From the NCBI GenBank assembly GCA_051294375.1, contig CM119263.1, positions 19,992,115 through 20,056,114 on the forward strand: a stretch of DNA of 64,000 nucleotides. The letters are read 5' to 3'. The notes below the pieces were generated by a model that ran no database searches, had not been told where the DNA came from, and was given only the letters and a program-made list of their open reading frames with translations. Position 1 is the stretch's first letter, and each line of letters opens with the position of its first letter. This stretch comes from Paraspadella gotoi (lineage: Eukaryota > Animalia > Chaetognatha). Of the stretch, positions 60,101 through 64,000 are shown piece by piece. Made by a program: the position numbers and the translations under genes.

Positions 60101-62842
60101 TTTAACTGGTCATTTTTCTGTTCGTGCCCTGATCTCTCAGCAAAGGTGGGCGGGAGGAGTTTTTAAAAGAAAATGGAAAATATATGTAACTCACACCGGG
60201 TTTCCGAATAATCAATGACAAATGTTTAAAAAAAAGATAACGACAAAAATTCTTTTCGAAACTATGAATTAATTCGACCTTGCCCGTCGGGTTGCTTCCT
60301 AATTCAATTAAAAGCTGTGGCTTGCAAAGAATAGTTATTTTTAATTTGCGTCGTTAATAAAATATTTTTTTTTGTCATCCCAAAGAAGGATCTCACTTTT
60401 TCTAAATTGATGTTTTTTCCTATAGAAAAATAAATTACTTGAAAAGACATGTAAGTCTAGTTTGAATTTCCTGTTGGCTAATGGAATACCGCCAACATTT
60501 GTTACAGCGAGAAAGCAGGCAAAACGCATAGAGAGAACATTCACTGTGGGCATTCACACAGAGTTTGACATGCGGAACCGTCTGATCGATAGTGAAATGA
60601 AGAAAAAAGGAATAGAGTACTCGAGTTGAGAATTGAGGACATAATAATGAGTCGAAATGAATCCTATTGACAATTGTTTAGAAGCGAGCTGGCAGAGTGC
60701 CGCATGTTTTTTTTTTCAGTCATTCGTGTTCATTTTATTATTATTTCGTTAATGTTATGAAAAGTAAAAATAAAGGTCAAAAATATTTTTTAATTAGTTT
60801 GTAGATTTATAAATAAAATTAGTATTATTAAAACAAAATTAAAATAATAGCTGAGCAAATTAATCTAGTGGACTCGTCTTACAGGAAATACGTAACAAAA
60901 CGCTTTCGTATTAGGCCTTACAACGAGAGAGATTTAGAATACTTGAATTTTTATCTAATTTTCAAATTATCAATTCTAACCCAACGGCGTCGGGAAAGCT
61001 CTTCGGCTATTTCAATTGTCACTCACTTTTGGTCGGGAGAAATAAAGCCAAACTTACTCTAAAGAAAGTCATCGTCGATCCCTGATGAATCGTCCCGAAT
61101 TTGATTTCCGACTGCTCGGCCAAATCCTCCACGCTCTCGATCGGCGTCTTCATTCGATCAACTGTTCAATCCAGAAGCCAATCGATGGTTTTTTAATTAA
61201 GTTTTTATCGGTTTTGATATTTAAAAAAATGAATTTACGCACCGACTTTCGTTTAGATAATAAAGAGAAGAAAATCTAAAAAAACTTGATGACTTGAAGT
61301 AAATCCTGTTGTCTCAATCTCTCACTAATCAAGGACAATAACAACGACACGCTTCCCCACCGGTCAAAAAGGCTGCGAGGTTTGCGGTGTAGGAAGAGAT
61401 CATAATGAGGTTGAAGAACCACCAGACGCTGGAGATGAGTCGGGTGGAGATGGCCTTGGGGGCTATGTCCGTGCCTGGAAACGGGAAAAGGGGTGAAAGG
61501 TAAATGAGTAATGGTCACGTGATGTCGTTCGAAAAGACAACAACTATCATCCATCAGTCTCACGATAGACACTTCGCTCTCTCTCTCGCTCTCTCCCTCT
61601 CTCTCTCGCTCGCTCCCTCTCCGCGACTCCGTCATCCAATTTTTCGGTTCGTTAATCGTTTCGATTCGACGAGAGTGACGGTCTCCGCGACTCGGCAACT
61701 ACCAAAAATCTCCGTTCAAAAATTCTAGCGTCTTTTCGCTGTTTACACAACTTTCAGCCAACTTAAGTGTCAGTACACGTTGTTGGAATGGACAGGAGAA
61801 AAGAAAATTTTCCATGAAACAGTGCAATTCTTCGATGGCTACAAGCTGCGCCTCCCTCGGACGGCGGGGGAATATAGGGGCCAGGAGTTACGGAGGAGGT
61901 AATGTGAGGCAATAACGCCGCCCATTACTTTGCTCGGCTCCCGAGCCGTTCATAAATCAGAGGGGGTATTTTGCATTAACTTCCAATTTGTCTTTTTCCT
62001 TTTATTCTTCGTGACGTCAGACACAAAAATTACAACGAACAGTAGCTGTTTACATTGAACGGGAAATCGTTTGCATGTGATAAAAAACCTAATTACAAAG
62101 AATATTCATACAATTACAAGCAGTGAGCTGCAAGTACGTTGGCCAGTTTAACAAGAATCTATTACCTTGTTGCAGCAATGATCCCACGGTAAACCAAAGG
62201 CTGTGCAGCACGGTGAACTGGTTTCGCACAATTTCGGGCGGAGCGGCGCCACAGAGCGGAGTCGGGTCCGTCCACTCGTAGGGCGTGAATCGCGCGAGAA
62301 CGAAGAGGGTCAGGGATATGACGAAGTAGGCGAGGATCGTGTAGAGCCAAACGTGGACGTCGAGCGGATCGAGGAAGGAAAAGAGGGAGGGGTTCACCTC
62401 GGCTTTCGGGGGGAGTGGGGGAGAGTGAGAGAAATAAGAGAAAAAAAGTAATAAAAAGTATTAAAGTCAAAGGAGATGCCGAAATAAAAACTGCTTTTAA
62501 AATAAAAAATGATATTAACAAAAATTCAAAGAGAAATTGCTAAAGGAAAATGCGCTATGAAAGCGAGTAGAAACGCAACTATACACAGAAATAAAAAATA
62601 TTTTTGATATATTTTTAGCGTTCATCTCTACTCATTTACTCGTTCAAGCCGATTTTAGTATTTTTAACTAATAAAGTTCGTTCATTTCGTTTTAATTTAG
62701 ATATTTCACTGATCTTTTGTCAACGCTTACCTTTTGTTTTGTAGAGGACGGAAATTCCGAGGTACATGAACGGAGTCGTGAAGTCGACGACTTTTTGGCG
62801 AACTAAGGTGATTGTGAGCGGGGCTAATGCCACGTCGGCTTG
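54132..62842 (-). CDS. Ionotropic glutamate receptor, non-NMDA (kainate/AMPA-like), 3' part; 5' exons beyond the right edge
   Basis: Exons approx. 62842-62731 ([25 protein letters not shown]), 62402-62166 ([19 protein letters not shown]), 61474-61361 ([21 protein letters not shown]), 61161-61038 (GSTMTFF), 59189-58952 ([22 protein letters not shown]), 57941-57816, 55892-55756 (M4 NVGGVFLVL), then tail exons 55571-55371, ~55311-55251, 55108-54949, 54460-54132 in compatible phases. Confidence 0.93.
57974..58770 (+). mobile_element. HINE/DINE-1-like element, family B (copy 2)
   Basis: Same termini and body as 29711-30310, with an internal ~125-bp duplication. Confidence 0.7.
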
Positions 62843-64000
62843 CTGAGAAATAAAATGAACTACCTTTTGTCACTGTTGCAACTTTTAACGTCGACGTAGC
62901 ATTAGTGACTTATTTCACGGAGAGAGTTAGAAGCGGATATATTCCACTGTTCTTTCCTGTTGTATGATAATCGATTCTTATTTTACTCTATTATTAAAAA
63001 GAAAGAAACTTCTAACCTAAAAGGGATTAATCGCTCATCCCCCTCCCCCCCCTCTGTTCTTTGTCCGGGATCCAAGTTGTCCAAGATTGGGTTCCGTGCA
63101 TCCGTTTTCACGTATGCTCTTTTGTCTGGTCTTGTCTTGCCCGGTCCACAATCAAAATGGCGAATACAAAGAGCTTCTTCCACACTGAGATGGTGCTTAA
63201 GGGGACCCAGTGATAAAAATGATATCATAAGCTTAAGGGTCTATCATCAAAGGAATTTGAATGGTGATAGTCATTAATTTTTCTTTGCACGGGAAAGTGG
63301 CGAAAAAATTCTATCTCTTATTGTAGCGGAAACAAAAATTTAAAAAATTATTTAAAAAAATTAGTTGACCCTACCTAAATATTTATAATCCATTATTTTA
63401 TTTTTGCATTAGAAAGTACTTTTTACTAAATTCCAAATTTTTCTTTTTTACTGTACAAAGCTACTATTTTAGGTTTAAGCCTCATTGAACAAAGGCTTTA
63501 CAAGACTAATATTTTTTTATTTTTATATTTACTTAAAAGCAGAAAATAAAACCTAAATTCTATTCTTACAGAAACAAAACTGTAATACTATTAATTAATA
63601 TTCATATTCATCCCTTAAATATATTATTAAACTATATTGATTCCTAATTTTAACAATTAAAAATTTAGCAAAAGTACAGAATCTTTCTCTTTTTTTTATA
63701 TTTATATTACTTCAAAGAGTTTTATTTTTATCCAATTAACAGAATCATTTGAAAAGAAAGTTAAATAAAATCAGTCGATACCCTAAATTTTGATTCTTTC
63801 CTAGTTTTTTTTTTGTTATAAATTTTTATGATAAAAGCTGAAGATCTTTTTAAAATTAGATCTTACCCTTTTTTGGAAAAAAAAATTAAAAACTTGAAAA
63901 GATTTTCTTCTTACCGATTTTAAAAGAAAATTAAGCTCGCTGATTATATCGAATTTTTTAACTACTTTCCTAAATGATTATAGAAGAAAAGTTATATGGT

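Overview
AT-rich genomic DNA from an invertebrate animal: spliceosomal GT-AG introns, GC-richer exons and many short transposons. No prokaryotic operons or CRISPR arrays. Genes reconstructed by hand: an intronless ABCC/MRP transporter running off the left edge, a pancreatic-type lipase whose 5' exons are missing, and a secreted CBM2-CBM2-GH9 cellulase (5923-15589, minus). The cellulase introns host an antisense intronless CKAP2-like gene and a same-strand two-exon orphan gene. Further right are an HP1-type chromo/chromoshadow gene, a spliced gene with a ParB/Srx-like domain, an FMNL-type formin and the 3' part of a non-NMDA ionotropic glutamate receptor. The repeat layer is the most notable part. 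It includes a 732-bp TRIM-like LTR mini-retrotransposon with a GTAC target-site duplication and an extended tRNA-Trp-complementary PBS. It also includes at least five minimal hammerhead-ribozyme motifs of the Penelope-like type (two in the arms of a 1.2-kb foldback), a tRNA-Gly-headed repeat, hAT and Tc1/mariner MITEs and Helentron-associated (HINE-like) elements. All family assignments come from motif recognition; no database searches were run.
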